A stretch of DNA of 64,000 bases, taken from positions 5,642,001 to 5,706,000 of the forward strand of contig OZ176050.1 in assembly GCA_964247055.1 (NCBI GenBank), written 5' to 3'. The notes under the pieces are model-generated. The model did no database searches. It saw only the letters and a program-made list of their open reading frames with translations, and had not been told where the DNA came from. Below, piece after piece: positions 1 to 14,400 of the stretch. Positions within the stretch are counted from its first letter, which is position 1. Every line of letters starts with the position of its first letter. A program made the position numbers and the translations under genes. The DNA comes from Paragordius varius. Its lineage: Eukaryota > Animalia > Nematomorpha.

Positions 1-582
1 CCTTACAGGATATTTTTATGGACCTGTGTAATAATTAAAAATTAATTTTTAGCATAGTTGATGCTTTTTGGTATTTTTAGTACTGTTGAAACCGTAAAAA
101 TTTTTTTTAAATAATTAGATGGTGCTGATCATTTCCATCACTTCAGAATTTGGTTCAAAAAATTTTAAATTTAAGTAGTTTTTCCTGAAAACAGTTCAAA
201 TTAACTTATATTGAGAGGCATAAGAATCTTTTAATCTATATTCTAAGGTGATGCTTACAGCATCGAATTATATACAAAGTTTTGTAATATCTAACGCCTT
301 TTATACCGTATCATATTTCATATAATAAAATGCGTTTCAACACTATTTTGAGAAATATTTTTAAGCAAAGTATGCATTTTTTTTCAAAAAAATCAAAATC
401 AACTTATATCAATCCATGCAATATGCTTTTTTAGAGTACCATTTTAGAGGATTTGTTAATCGAAATATTTATAAAAGTGTAGGTGGATCTGGATTTTTTT
501 TCAGACTATAGGACTACAAAATATATATACTCAATTTATTTACAAGATATCTAGATAGAGCCAATATTTTGAGAACCCTGTA
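1..582. mobile_element. Probable right end of a Tc1/mariner-type non-autonomous element (left end outside the window)
   Basis: Ends in GAGAACCCTG|TA at 571-582, the reverse complement of a TA|CAGGGT TIR start typical of Tc1/mariner. The internal segment GGTGCTGATCATTTCCATCACTTCAGAATT (~121-150) resembles sequence at 13125-13150. Confidence 0.4.
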
Positions 583-712
583 TTATTCCCGCTCAGAATA
601 TAAATTTTAAAAAAATCCAGAACCTCAAACTTAATATCATTAATTTTTCGGAATCCCCATAAGCTGTTCAGTAAAACCTAAATTTCATGCATCCTTTTTT
701 GTAAATTTATAA

Positions 713-1833
713 CACTAGACAACAAATTTTAACTTTTTTTAACTGCCATTCTTGTAAATTTAAAATTTATTTTATTAAAGTACATAATTAGTATATCTGA
801 AAAGAAAATTGGTCTAGCATGCAAGAATTTTTTTATATTAGAGTTTATCGATAGTTTTTGGCCCCGATTTAACATTAAACTCGAAATTTCGAAAATTAAA
901 AGTTTTAGATATGAATCCATGTATTTTATATCATTCGAAAGAGCGCAAAAAACTGCAACTTTTAAATGGTAGTAAGTCATTTAAATCAATTAGATGTAAA
1001 AGTTATTTGGATTTAAATGGTCGAAATTTTTAATCCTTAAATAAGTCAAGAATTTTCACAGAAAAACTAATTTAAAAATCATATAAATTATTTTAATATA
1101 ATTATTAGAGTTATATTAGTATTTTATTTAAAAAAAGGTTTAAAAAAGCTTTTGGTTTGCTTTTTTAATAAAAATTATTATTATCATAAATATTTTACCT
1201 AATGGATACTAAAATGCATAGTTATAACTGTTAATTTATTACATAATGGCTATAAAAGATCAAAAATACCTTAAACCTTTTTTATCTTCAAAATTTCGAA
1301 ATTATCAGCCTCGTAAAGAAAATAAATTAATATTGATGAGATGGTAATTTTTAAAAAACAAAAAACTTAAAAATGGCTGTTTTGAGTGACATAAAAGCAA
1401 TAAAAAAATGTTCTAATTAAAAAAACTTTCTTGTGTTATCTTTTTTGGACATTCATCACCATCTAAACAAAGTTTGAGCTATGTTCATCCATTAGTTTTT
1501 AATATATGATAATTAGAAAAAATGCTCTCGCTTCGCGCTTTTGTCGCTCTTTGTGTCCAATACTAACTGTCGATGTAATACATATTAGTATGCATTTTAT
1601 AGAGTTTTTATTACTCTTTCGAATGATATATTACAAATGGGCATTACTAATATTTTCAAAGAAAAATATTTTTTAGTAAAATTTTGATAAAGAGGGCGCA
1701 TAATCAAAAAAATCCAATTATACAAAATTCTTCCAACGAGTTATAATTTTTATTTCAGATTTACTGCTTAAAATGATACTAAATATCAGAAAATGCAAAA
1801 AACTCGATTGGCAGAAAAATTTGTTGTCCAGTG
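713..1833. mobile_element. Non-autonomous TIR DNA transposon (~1.12 kb), copy 1
   Basis: TIR CACTAGACAACAAATTTT ... AAAATTTGTTGTCCAGTG (1 mismatch), followed by TA. Near-identical over its full length to 61580-62698. No transposase ORF. Confidence 0.9.
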
Positions 1834-3030
1834 TAATTAACACAAATTAATAATCTTTTTGATTAAATATAAAAAACCAATCATATATAAAATTTCATGT
1901 GACGAATTCTATCTTTCTGACGCAATGAATATATTTTTTGGGGATATTTTTTAAAACATTAATTTAAAGTCTCAATTAAGTTAAATATAAAATAAAACAT
2001 TGATTTTTTTAAAAAAAATATATTAAAGTAAACTGGTAATTCTTGTGACAATTTTAAAAAAGGGTTATTCCAAGCCAACATTTATTTAAAAACAAATTTC
2101 AACAAAATTTTATGTGCCTGTTAAACTGTTTTGGCACTATACTTTCGTCAAGAGGGGCTGTCAACAAACGATTCGTTGAGGATATCCTTTTTTTATAAAC
2201 AATATGTATAAATGATAACCATTTACTCTAAAATCAAGTAAGTAATTTACATTAAAATGTGTTAATTTAATAATATAATTGCAATCCGTTAATTATATTT
2301 CACAAATTTTTCAATCCAAATATGGTGATCATTTACAAAGATTTTTGAAAATGTATCATTTCATCAATGGATAATAATGATTATGTCATTTAAAATCTTG
2401 CGTAAACTAAAAAAATAAGGTATGTGCGTCGTAAGTAGCCCCAGGGACAATTCGAAAAAATAAGTAACCGGTTTAAACTGCTCTTATGTTTTTATGTCAA
2501 CATATTTGTTGTATTTATATCATTGTCGCTCACACCCCCAAAATTGGCTGTCAACGAAAAAAATGTGGAACGAAAAAATATATAGTTTTTAAGCTTAAAT
2601 AAATATTAGTTGGTAATGATGTAATGTTGGATAATAACTTATCTAACATTTTAAACCATAATTATTTCGTTATTGTCTGATTTTAATCAAAAATTTCAGA
2701 TATATAATATTAAATTTAACAATAATGTATATCTATATACCTGTGATTAGTCTTAAACAAAATTAATTTTAAAACAAACAAATATATTACGTCGCTATAA
2801 ACACGCGTATCAATAGTGTGTTGCTTAGTAGTTATTTTATTCGGCGATCGACCTATTTACATTTTTAATCTTTCTTAAGACATATTATTGTTTTGTCCAA
2901 TTTTATATGCGATTTGTTCCTTTTACTATCTATCTATCTATTATCAAGTGTATTTATAAAGTTTTATCTTAAAAAAACTCCCATTTAAATATAAATTTTG
3001 CTTAAAACATTTTTTAACGTTGATATTGAA

Positions 3031-4440
3031 ATGGAAGATGATATGGAACCTATTTCATTTATTGCCGATTCTCAGGCCAAGGAATCAAAAAGCACCATAC
3101 CGCTGATACATTATGGGAAAATTATCCTCAAACAGCTACTGAAAATCAAAAATTTTTACCTTTCTATATTAATACCCCTTATATATTTACCATTGATCAT
3201 ACCAAAAAGTAGTCAGGTTTATTTTTTTAAAGTTAACAACATGCTGTGTATATTACCAATTATCTAATTTAAACATTATAATCGTTTCTTATGTCGGTGT
3301 AATTCGATTATGTTAATATTATAATAAGTAAAAAATACCACTATAAGGTCGATACACATAGATAATATTTTTGTCTCACAATACAAAGATTGTTTTATTG
3401 AAAAAATTCTGTCATTTTTAGTATTGTTTAGTCAATACGTTGATTACCAAGCTTAATGTTAATATTGTTAAAGATAATTTATTTACAATTGTATAAAATA
3501 TATAAATTTATCCATAAAGTTGAGCGTTTACAACGCTTAATTTACAAAGAATCCATATTAGTTCTCTACTTCGGTAGTCAAAAGCGCCTTATCCTATTTA
3601 AACTACCGTATAAATTTTAGCATTGCAAACATTTCGTCGAGGATTTGTCATTTTATCAAATTTAATTAAAAGAGTTTTTTTATACATATTAAAACAAATT
3701 ATATTATTCATAAATATATAAATATTTATTTATTTGTATGTAACAAATTAGGAATTAAAATGCGCCTATGTATGCTTGGTAACTATAAGCTTCCTTGTTA
3801 CGCAAGCCCTCCCATTAGCATTAAGCTCATTATTACCTGCTTTACTGTTTCCCATGTTTGGCATCCTTACTGTGTTAGAGGTTTCATCCAAATACTTCCA
3901 GGTTCATTTACATTCTTGTTTTTTCTAAACAAAAAATAATTACATGTAAATTTGACATATATGATTAATTACTTTTGGCTTGAATTTCGCAAAGCGTACA
4001 TAAATAAATAACTGTATCATAATATAATGTATGCGTTGGTAATTCTCGCATTATTACATTTATGTTTGTTTTTAATTTGTTATCCATATTTTTTGTATTT
4101 TAGATACATGCAACCTGATATCATGTTTTAAATAATGTTTTAAGATTATATGTTAATTTTTAAATATAGGATCCGATTTTGTTGTTCTTCGCTTCCGTTA
4201 TACTTGCCAAAGGCATTCAATCAGCAAATCTACACAAGCGTATCGCCTTATACCTACTCATGCATCTTGGATACAAACCAATTTGGTAAAACATTTAATT
4301 TGATAAAAATGAAATTTATTTCTAGTAACGGTTTGTTCTATGATCTTTTTCGTAACTTTTCACCGCTCAACGCTTTAAATGTCTATCAATATGAAAATGG
4401 TTTTTCGGTTGGATCTGAAATTTATGTGTCATAAACAGCT

Positions 4441-4496
<56 letters not shown>

Positions 4497-7400
4497 TGTG
4501 TAAATTTAGTTTTTTTGGCCTAAATAAGTATTGATATCCAAATTTTAGGCATTATTTGTCGCAATAAATGTATGTTTACCAATATATTGTTAAGAATCAA
4601 AAAAATTTAACGCTTTTTGTTAACTGGTTGTAGCAGTCTTCAACCCCTCACCATGCTGCATTCAAATTCACGATTTTGTTCAAACCCTTAATTTGTCAAC
4701 ATTAGGCGAATGCGATTCTAAATGATTTTAAAGTGCTTCAAATTTAAAATGATTTATTTACACATTGTAAATCACCTATCGCACATATGAGTTTATAATC
4801 ATGACTAAGATCGTTTTTGAAAAAACGGTTTCAAAACATATGTTTATCTCGCGATAAAAAACATGATTTGAATCTAAATTTTAAGGCAATGTGAGAACCG
4901 TCAATTTATATATATATTATAGGTTAGCCGGTTATTAATGTTTTATTCAACATTACCTTTGCGTATTAAAAATAATTTACGTGTCTTTTTTTGTTTAAAA
5001 TATAAATGCTTTCGCATTTTTTATGCCTTTCCTGTATGTATTAGCCAAATGTGTATATTTTGTTTGAATATTAGAGTTTCCGAATATATTGTTAAACTTA
5101 TTATTAACAATCATCAGCTTCTAATCTTGTTTGAAAATTAATTTTGGAAATTTTATTATATTGATTGTTTGGACACACAATATTTAAAATTATTTGGCGG
5201 GGAAGATCCCAAATCATAAGTTGCAAAAATATAAGATCCTAAACAGTTATTATGGTCTTCCAAGCGCATTTAAACAATATATACTCTTTTTACTATTAAA
5301 ATATTTTTTCGTGGTTGGAAAAAACCTCATTACTAATCTAACACTCTGTTCTAATTCTTTAATGTTCTTTTCAATATATTATGGCGTCAGAATAAAAAGC
5401 TTACTGTTCAATTTAAAAGCTGACTACAAATTGTTTTATAGTTTTATAGGTATTTTATTTTTACTATTTCTTAATATTTTACACTAGGATGATATTTGGA
5501 TTCATAATTTCGACATTTTTCATATCGATTTGGATAAATAATTCTGCCACCGCTGTGCTTATGGTTCCAGTCGCAACTGGCGTTATGGACGAATTTTATA
5601 AATTCAAATGTGTTACTTACAAAAATAAACTGAGTGAATCAAGCTCCAAACACACTTGTTTTCATGAATCTGAAAGTGGTAATATATTGGTTTAATTATT
5701 ATTCATAATAACTCTTATATCTGAAACTCACTAATTATATTTATCGTTTAATTTAAAAAAATTCAAAATGATTGGACCTTCAATGCATAAAATAAAAAAC
5801 AAATATTTATATATAATAATTTTACAAGAATATAATTATTATTTTATGCAATATTCTTTCTTATATCCTAATAAAAAATATTTTGAAATAAATTATTACG
5901 AATATGATTAACATAGGCAGCCTTATATATATTTCATTTCGTTCATGATTAGTACTTTTGCAAGTTATCAGCCTAATTAATAAATTGATGTGTTTAACCT
6001 TAAAATGTAAAAATCAAACTTTTTAAAAATTATTATATGCGTCTGTCTTTATAATATATATATTAAGCGTACCATAATTTTTTTCTTTATGATTCTTATG
6101 TGCATCATTTCTCCATTTATTGACTAATTTTATCGTGTCGCTGATAAATGTAGACTCTCTCAGACCGGATACTTTAAAGTCAAAGATGCTATTATAAATT
6201 TAGAAATTATATATAAATTTAATATCTTGCATCTTATTTCAGAACAAACTATTGTTTTAAGAATGGATGATACAGACCCAAAGGACAGAAAAATAAGTGA
6301 TTCCTCGGCAATCTCTCAGTATGTAGCTTATGATTGTCCTAAATATTTTATAAATTGTTTAAATATAGATTCTTTATATTTTATAATAAATTAAGGGAGG
6401 ATGATCGGTTTTTGCAAAACTTGCGAAAATGCATTTTTATCGGGATTGCTTATGCCTGTAACATTGGGGGCACGGCGTCTTTAACAGGAACACCGCCAAA
6501 CTTGATAATGTCCGGATTCCTAAATGTGTAAGCTAGTTACAAATATAAAATGATTTACTTATGTGAATTATTCGATAAGATTTTTCAAAAATTTATGATA
6601 TTTTAATTTTGATATCATAAATTTTTGAACTTGGTATTCAGAAAATTATCATATCATTCAAAAAATTTGAAAATTTTATTAATTATATTTTTATTCTACA
6701 ATTTAGTATTAACACTAGTATTAATTCATTTTTCCAATTTAAATACTTTGCATTTAATTAAATCAAAATTACATGTAAATCTTATTTATTAGTTTTGAGG
6801 GTAAAATTGATTTGCTTCAATTATTATTTTTATCATTAGAATTTTCGGACCTTCCGCTGAAATTAGCTTTATGACTTGGCTACTATACTCATTTCCAGGA
6901 GCCCTAATTATTATAATATTAACTTGGCTACACCTTTGCATTCACTTCTTAGGATTTAGGTATTATAATTTAAAATCTCTCCATCATTTTTTTATTATTC
7001 TTAATAACTTTTAAAGGGATGTCACGCAGCCATCTAAACTAATCCGACAGCCGGCGGAAAATTTTCTAAATTACCAAATAAAAAAATGAAATTAAAAAAG
7101 GCTAATTTACACAAATAAATGCGATACTTTTTAAATTAATTTTGGCAATGAGTAGTAATAACTGTTCTTAACAGTTTTTTGTTTAAAATCTAATACAATT
7201 TTTTTAATATTCTAAGGTAAAAATGCCGCCCTCGAAGCCTTTTGTGTTGGACACCCCTGTTTTGAAAACTATTTGTGTTTAAACATTAAATTTTTTATTA
7301 CAATACAGACAAACAATACATCAATTTAAATTCAAGCGAATTACAGAAGATCCAAGAACATTCATCAGAGCTCAACTTAGGGAGCTTGGATCGCTAAAGT

Positions 7401-9922
7401 ATTTTTTGATTGCGTTTGAGCAGTGGCTTCCAAAAGGGGTGCGTAGGAAAATTTAGGAGGGGGGAGGGGGTGGGACGCGAAAATTTTGAGCCACCGATCT
7501 TAAATTTATGTTAATCTACTTATTTTTTATTTAACTGATTCTTACTAAATATTATAAAATAAAATTAAATAACGTTAAAATGTTAACACAAATGTTTATA
7601 ATAAAATTTGCATTTTTATTTTTGTTTCTTTTTCGGAGGAAGAGGAAGGGGGACGAAAGAATTTATTTTTCAATTTGGTGGGCTTGAACAAAAAAGGTTG
7701 GGAACCACTGCATAGAGAATAAGACCTTCACAGAATTATAAATTCTAATTCTAAAAATTTATCCATTTAGACAAAATGAAGTGACTATGATGGTGCTTTT
7801 TGTGACACTTGTGCTACTATGGGTGCTTAAAAATCCTAAATTTATACCAGGATGGCAAGCTTTCTTTAAACCTGGGTAGTTATCATCTTTTATGATTTTC
7901 TTAATCCTTCATAAATTTTTTAGCGAAGTATTAAATTTTTTTTGGGTCAACAATTACTTGTATACTCATTAATAATATTTTAATTATTTGAGATGTTTTA
8001 AGGCTTTACTTTGATTAAATAAAATATATTTTCAAAACTTTTATTTGTAAACTATATATTGTTTGATTTTTCATATTAGTTATGTTTCTGATGCCACTCC
8101 AGCCTTATTGATAGCTTTACTATTATTTATAATACCCACTGATTTCCGCTCTATTGCTTATATCTCCAGGAATAATGGTAAAATACTTGAAACATTTAAT
8201 TTATATAATCTTCATTTTAGAATTCATTTATCCCTAAATCACATTATGGTAACCATTTCAAAAAACCTTTTTAATATGTTCTCTAACGTTAACTCGAACT
8301 TTTAATTTTTATGCATAACTTTATGCTAGATGATACAAAAATTCCTGACTATCAACCTTTACTAGTGTGGGAAGATGTTTATAAAAATCTGATGTGGGAC
8401 ATCAATTTATTGCTTGGAGGCGGGATGGCATTAGCGCTGGGATTTAAGGTTTTGCATATTATGTTGACAATTTCTCAATTTATTTTATCTTCAATATAAT
8501 TTCAGTAAAAGATATATTAAAAGCTGTAACATAAAATACTCTCTAAATACACAGTTTGTGAAAAATCTTCCCACCCTTTTTGAAATATTCGATCTTGCTA
8601 AAATTTATAACACACAATCTAATGCTATTTTTACTACAATGATTATCGAGACATTTATAATGCGTACTTTCATATATATCAATAGCGCAAGAATGTTTTT
8701 CTATAATTTTGGCATTTTCACCAAAGTTATCTGGACGTGGAATTAACATATTAAATAAGAGCTAAAACTAATTCGCATTTAATGTATAATTTAATTGAAA
8801 TACATGTCTAATAAAATTTTATCATTAGACGTCTGGTCTTTCAAAACTTTTGGTGAAATCTTTTCATGTCCTACATTCATTGCCAAAAGAAGGCTTGGTC
8901 CTAATATTTTCCGGACTCACTTCCATTCTGACAGAATTTATAAATAATATCGCCACCGCAAGCATTCTACTACCTATAATTGCCGATATCGTAAGAAATT
9001 ACTTCATATATCTATGTATAAAAACATATATAAAATTTTATAAGCACACAAACTGACAAATATTGAATCTGACCATTTATGGATGCAATCGAAATGATTG
9101 AGACCGCTAAAAAATAATTAATTAAATTTTTGAAACATAGTATGTCTATTGCGTGATATTATGGAACAAAATGACAAAAAAAGAGTAAAATTTTATTTAA
9201 TTAAGATAATTAATTGTTTAAATGATTTGAATGATTTATTTTAAATTATGTTTCCATATTAAATAATAATTACTAATTATAACCGGGGATTGCGGTATTT
9301 AGGAGCGGTCAAGACCGTTATATCTTTGATCGGCTCAAATCTCAACCTTACATTGATTCATAATTTATATTGAATAAATCCATCATTTTCTAATTTTGTT
9401 AAAGAGTATCAGTTTGAAATTAAATCCGTTATATTTGATGTTTCCTGCAACATTGGCTGCATCATACTGCTTCATGTTACCGATTGGAACTGCCCCAAAT
9501 GCTATAGTTTTTTCAGCAGCCAAACTCAAAATATCTGACATGGTAATAATCTATATACGTTACTTTATTAACCTTAAAATTTTACCATTTTAAAGAAAAA
9601 ATTTGGCTTAAGTTTAATTGTTCAAATTTTACATACATAAACTTGTGTGTGTAAAAAACGTAGCCTGTTTACTTTTCAAATATATAATAAGATACGACGT
9701 CTATGATTTTTACTTTATACCTCCTTTTCAAATATCGATATCATTTTTAATTTAATTTAATTTTTACAGATGAAAGCAGGCATTTTCGTCCATTTAATTT
9801 GTTGGGTCGTAACGTACATTTCTATCAATACATATGGCATTTGGGTCCTCAAAGTTAATAAGTTACCAGTCTGGGCACAACAAGCTATAGCACTATCCAA
9901 CGCAAATTCTACCATCACATAA
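3031..9922 (+). CDS. SLC13/DASS-family Na+-coupled di/tricarboxylate or sulfate transporter, paralog A (611 aa)
   Basis: 14 GT-AG exons with consistent phases: 3031-3216, 3752-3901, 4170-4285, 5488-5678, 6243-6318, 6396-6527, 6840-6959, 7309-7398, 7771-7875, 8080-8177, 8330-8448, 8829-8990, 9405-9542, 9770-9922 (1836 nt). Family motifs: CAYV...ALPL, LHKRIAL, WINNSATA, NIGGTASLTGTPPN, WDINLLLGGGMALA, TEFINNIATA, FMLPIGTAPNAIV. Confidence 0.93.
4445..4494. repeat. (TA)n microsatellite
   Basis: About 25 perfect TA units in intron 3 of paralog A. Confidence 0.95.
7014..7259. mobile_element. hAT-type MITE remnant (end ...TTGGACACCCCTG)
   Basis: The terminus GCCTTTTGTGTTGGACACCCCTG is shared with ends at 26621 and 58359. 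The left boundary is approximate. Confidence 0.55.
7421..7710. mobile_element. hAT (Charlie/Buster-like) MITE
   Basis: TIRs CAGTGGCTTCCAA / TTGGGAACCACTG. Same family as 20850-21136, in the opposite orientation. TSD not preserved. Confidence 0.75.
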
Positions 9923-11482
9923 ATTATCCCGTGAGGAATGTGTTCAACTCATTTACACTTAGTTCAAAATTAAATCTCACTAAATTTTATAAACAGAAAA
10001 ATCAAATATTCTGCATGAAACGGATAAAAAAAATTATTATTTTAAATTCACTGGTTATGCCTTATTGGCAATTTTTTTCAGCAAATTAAAAAAATTATTA
10101 CAATAGTTTTTCAATTAAAAGACGTGCGTCTCCTTACTTGAACATTTATTGAGATTACTACTCATAATCATGCTGTTACAAACTATTTTATCAGTATAGC
10201 AAAGATAGCAAATATAAATACAATGCACCCTTAGTATATATGTGATTAAAAAAATCTCTCCAATCCAAATATTTAATATATATTATATTTTTAATTTATT
10301 CAATAAATATTAATATAACTTGATAACTTTTTATGTATCATTTTGTAAAAAATTACTGAGGATAATATTATTTTGTTACATAAACAAATTATCGCATGCC
10401 AAATACTTATTTTAGTGATAAAACCACGGCCCCGAATTATTTATTAAATATTTTAATGTACTTATTTTCGGTATAAATACCTGCAAATGTGTCCAAAGGC
10501 AATGAAATTTCGATTTGTATTATATCATGGCCCCCAAGGCTAGAGAAATTATTCTTTCGGCTCAGGGGCCCTAGTTATCATGAATGTTTTCTCCGCATGA
10601 ATAAAAACCCGATAATTTAAATTTGTTAAGGTACTTACTATTATCAATGAACTTAGATTTTAGTTTTAATATGTTTATATTTAAACCATATTTTTATGGG
10701 CTCATATGTTCGTGCCAAAATATAAAAATAAATTAGCTTTAAATTAAAAGGACCAAAAAGGCGATGTTGAAAAAAAAGTTGGCTGCCTGTTTCCATATTA
10801 GTCATTTAGAAAAACCCATTGATAAGGTTAATCTTGCAAAATTACAATAGAATATTCAAACAAACCCATTTTAAATTGTAATTATTATATACATATATAT
10901 ATATATAAATATATTGTATATATAAATGCTAAACATGCCTCGATAAAATACATTATAATTGGCTGGAAAATGGGACTTTGATTGGCTTCTTGTTTTCTAA
11001 ATTTTATAATGAGAATTCGTTATTGTGATGTAAACTTGTTAATTAAAAAAACAAAGAATCAAACAAGGCCCGAGGGATTGGAAAATCTGTTATTTAAAAT
11101 ATCTTTATCGTTATCAATGTAAATATGTATTTAAAATATTTCCCATTCATAATATCTAATCTATTTGGCATTTACAGTCTTTGTGAATAATCGATGAATT
11201 TTTGGACATTATTAAGAGTAAATTTGAAAAATAATACATATAATTTTTTTTATAATAAGTTAAAAATATAGAGTATTAACATATTGATATTATTTTGTAA
11301 AATATACGATATTTTATAAAAAAATAATTGATAACTAAATATTTGGCTAAAAGGCGTTTAAATATAATATTTCATGAACTTCATTGAATATTGATTTGAG
11401 ATTAATTGTGTAATATATTATTAACGTGTTTCTATCACAGTAATATATAAATAGTTGTAATTAAATCACACTCGTACAGACC

Positions 11483-14400
11483 ATGCATATTAAAAACCAT
11501 AACTATATTATTCATTTGTGGAAAGTTAAAAATTTCTACATATCACTAATCATTCCATTTATATATTTGCCCTTAGTTTTCCAGGATGGATCTCAGGTAA
11601 CAAATATAAATAATTAAATTTATATTTACATTAATACCCAAAAACAGTTTACTAAAATATATGGGAAAATTTACGAACTTATAAGTACAGTAACGAGAAA
11701 TATTGTTATACTGGCCATTTCGGTATTTTAAATGGCAAAAGAGGATTAAATTTACATTTCTGTTGCTGTATGTGAGATTTTTCATTTTAATTACAATATA
11801 CAACCGTATTTTTTTCAAAATTTACAAAAATGAACTAATAACAACGAATAATCCCATACATGGCAACAAATGGACATGTAATTATCATCTTTTAGCCATT
11901 TAAAATACTAAAGAGGCCAATAACAGCTTTGGTTAACGTAGTAAAAGAAAGGAAAATTGTCCATATTTTTTATTATTTAATGGATTTAAAGTATAATTAA
12001 ACCCCTTGACATACTGTAATTATATAGGTTAAAAATTTATAATTAAAAAATAATTAAAATAAAAATTATAGCACCCTTTTATGTTTGGAATTATTAGGAT
12101 AGGTTAATTTTCGATTTCTGTTGTAAAATAGTATTTTCTTGCTGTTTTATATTTGAAATTGTGTCCAAATATCAATTTAATTAATATATTTTAGAACATA
12201 TGCACTAAATCGATTATACAAACAATAATTGTTTGTATAATTTTAATATTAATATCTGCGAGGATATTAAAAAACCTCAAATATCATTGATATTATATTC
12301 ATTTGATGTATACCTTTATTGGCCCCAACTCCTAAGTTAAAAAAAATTATGGATTTTGCATAAATATAAGTATTTATTTAGGAATTAAAATGCGCATATG
12401 TATGTTTGGTGACCATTAGTTTCCTTGTTACTCAGGCATTACCATTAGCAGTAAGCTCCTTACTTCCTGCTTTATTGTTTCCAATGTTTGGGATACTTAC
12501 GGTACTGGAGGTGTCTGCCAAATACTTTCAGGTATCTTACTGTTTTCTACTTACGTTATGGGCAAAAAATTATTTAGTTGTTTGATAAAAATACCCTAAA
12601 TTTATATATATCTCGTAATTAACACTGCGTCCGAAATCGAAGAGTATGAAAATAACCTGATTTAAAATATATTTCGATGGTAAAAAAGTGTCAGAATATC
12701 ATGATGCTCTTGTTGACGAGTGAGAAAAATATTTATAATTTTATGGTAACTGTTTTATATTTGAATATGACAAAATTTGCGCACATTTTTTCAAATAATT
12801 TTCTTTGATAGCTAAATGCTACATTTTAAAAAATATCACTAAAATATATCATAAACTACATCTAAAAAGTAAAATAATATCTTAAGAAAATTTAATTTTT
12901 AGCTGTGAACTCCAAAAATCCCAAATTTTTTCGCTATTTTAAAATGGGCTAATTTTTAAATATAAACGAAAAATGACGAGCCCGAAAATTTTTTTAATAT
13001 ATGCTAAATTTGTATATCAACCAAAAATAATTGAAGGATCCTTGTCTCAAAAATTTAATTTTTAGGTAAATTTTATTGCTCATAGAGCAATGATGGAACT
13101 GTTTCACGCAGATATTGTAGAAAAATGTAATAATGCTGAACATTTCATCTCTTCAGAATTAATATAAAAGTTGCTTTCGAATTTTGGAATTATGTAAATA
13201 AACACAATTTTAAAAAACTAGATTTGAGACGAATGAATACTTTAATTAAAATTCTGAGGTGCTACAAATGTTCAGCATCATATTTAAAAAATGGAAAGTG
13301 GTAGCTTTGTGATCTGTTTCGGGAAAACCGGTAGACCCATTCAAATTAAAATGTCAAAATATAATCATTAATGAATGCCGCGACAATATCGCACTTTTTT
13401 AAGGCCTCCAGTTCGGGCCTTCCGTGTAAAAAACGGTTTTTTTTAAAACAGAAGTTCACAAAAATCGTATTAACAATCCGGATACCATGTTGAACCATTT
13501 GATTTAGATATAATTTAATTCTACTATTTTTGATTGGCCGTATATAGTCGGCTCGCTTTAATAATTTACGCCCTCTTTTTACCCGCTTTCCCCGCAAAAT
13601 CCCATTTTTTCAATAAGCAAAGTCCAAAAAATATTTTTTTAAATCTATTTTTTGTCCAAGGTTTATGACCGTAAAAATTTAATGAAGATTCCAGGTATTC
13701 CCTGTTAAATGGCAAAAACTCTAGTCCTGCGTTTTTTTATATTGTCGGCTGGTTAAGGAGTACTCGCTAAAAACTGCCTCGTCATAATAAAATAGCGTGC
13801 CTTTGGCTAAATTTCAGAAAACCTATCAGACCATATGAGCTCAATAGCTCGTATCACGGAAAAAATTAGGTCTTACGGTTTTTTTAAATTAGCGGTTAAT
13901 TAGGCCCTTCACGCCCTAAAAAATGCGCCACCATAGAATGATTTTTTTGAGGCAATTTTTCTGAGAAATTATGAGAGCATATCAATAATGATTCCAGGTA
14001 TTCTCCGTTAAAAGGCGCCTTTTATTAGTCTTGAGGTAGGGAGCTATTTGTCTAAAACTGCCCAACTATATCGAAATTGCGTTTAGGAGTTAATTTTCAG
14101 AAAACTTATCAGCCACATAAGTTTAAGGGCCTGAAGTATTGCCCGTAATAAGGCAAAAATTTAAGTTGAGCTTTTTCAAATTTATTCGTTGATTAAGCCC
14201 CTAAGAAATAAGCTATCATTGAACAATTATTTATGTTTTGAAGCCATTCCTCCAAAAGCTATTAAGAACATATGGAATGAATGATGATTCCAGGTATTCG
14301 CCTATGAACGCAAAATTTCATACGTTTTTTTCATATTTGTCTTTGGGTAGGGGGCCCGCACACAACTGCGCCACCATATCGATACAGTGTGACTTAGGAG

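Noticed and set aside
729-980. 83-aa ORF (and its counterpart 61676-61942) as a transposase or host gene
   Set aside because: Both lie inside the 1.12-kb TIR element, are on opposite strands in the two copies and show no DDE/D motif; most other short ORFs in the track are likewise chance ORFs or off-frame shadows of real exons.
12190-12340. Possible degraded first exon of SLC13 paralog B (would imply a pseudogene)
   Set aside because: It has in-frame stops and no phase-0 donor; an intact exon 1 homologous to paralog A's was found at 11483-11596.
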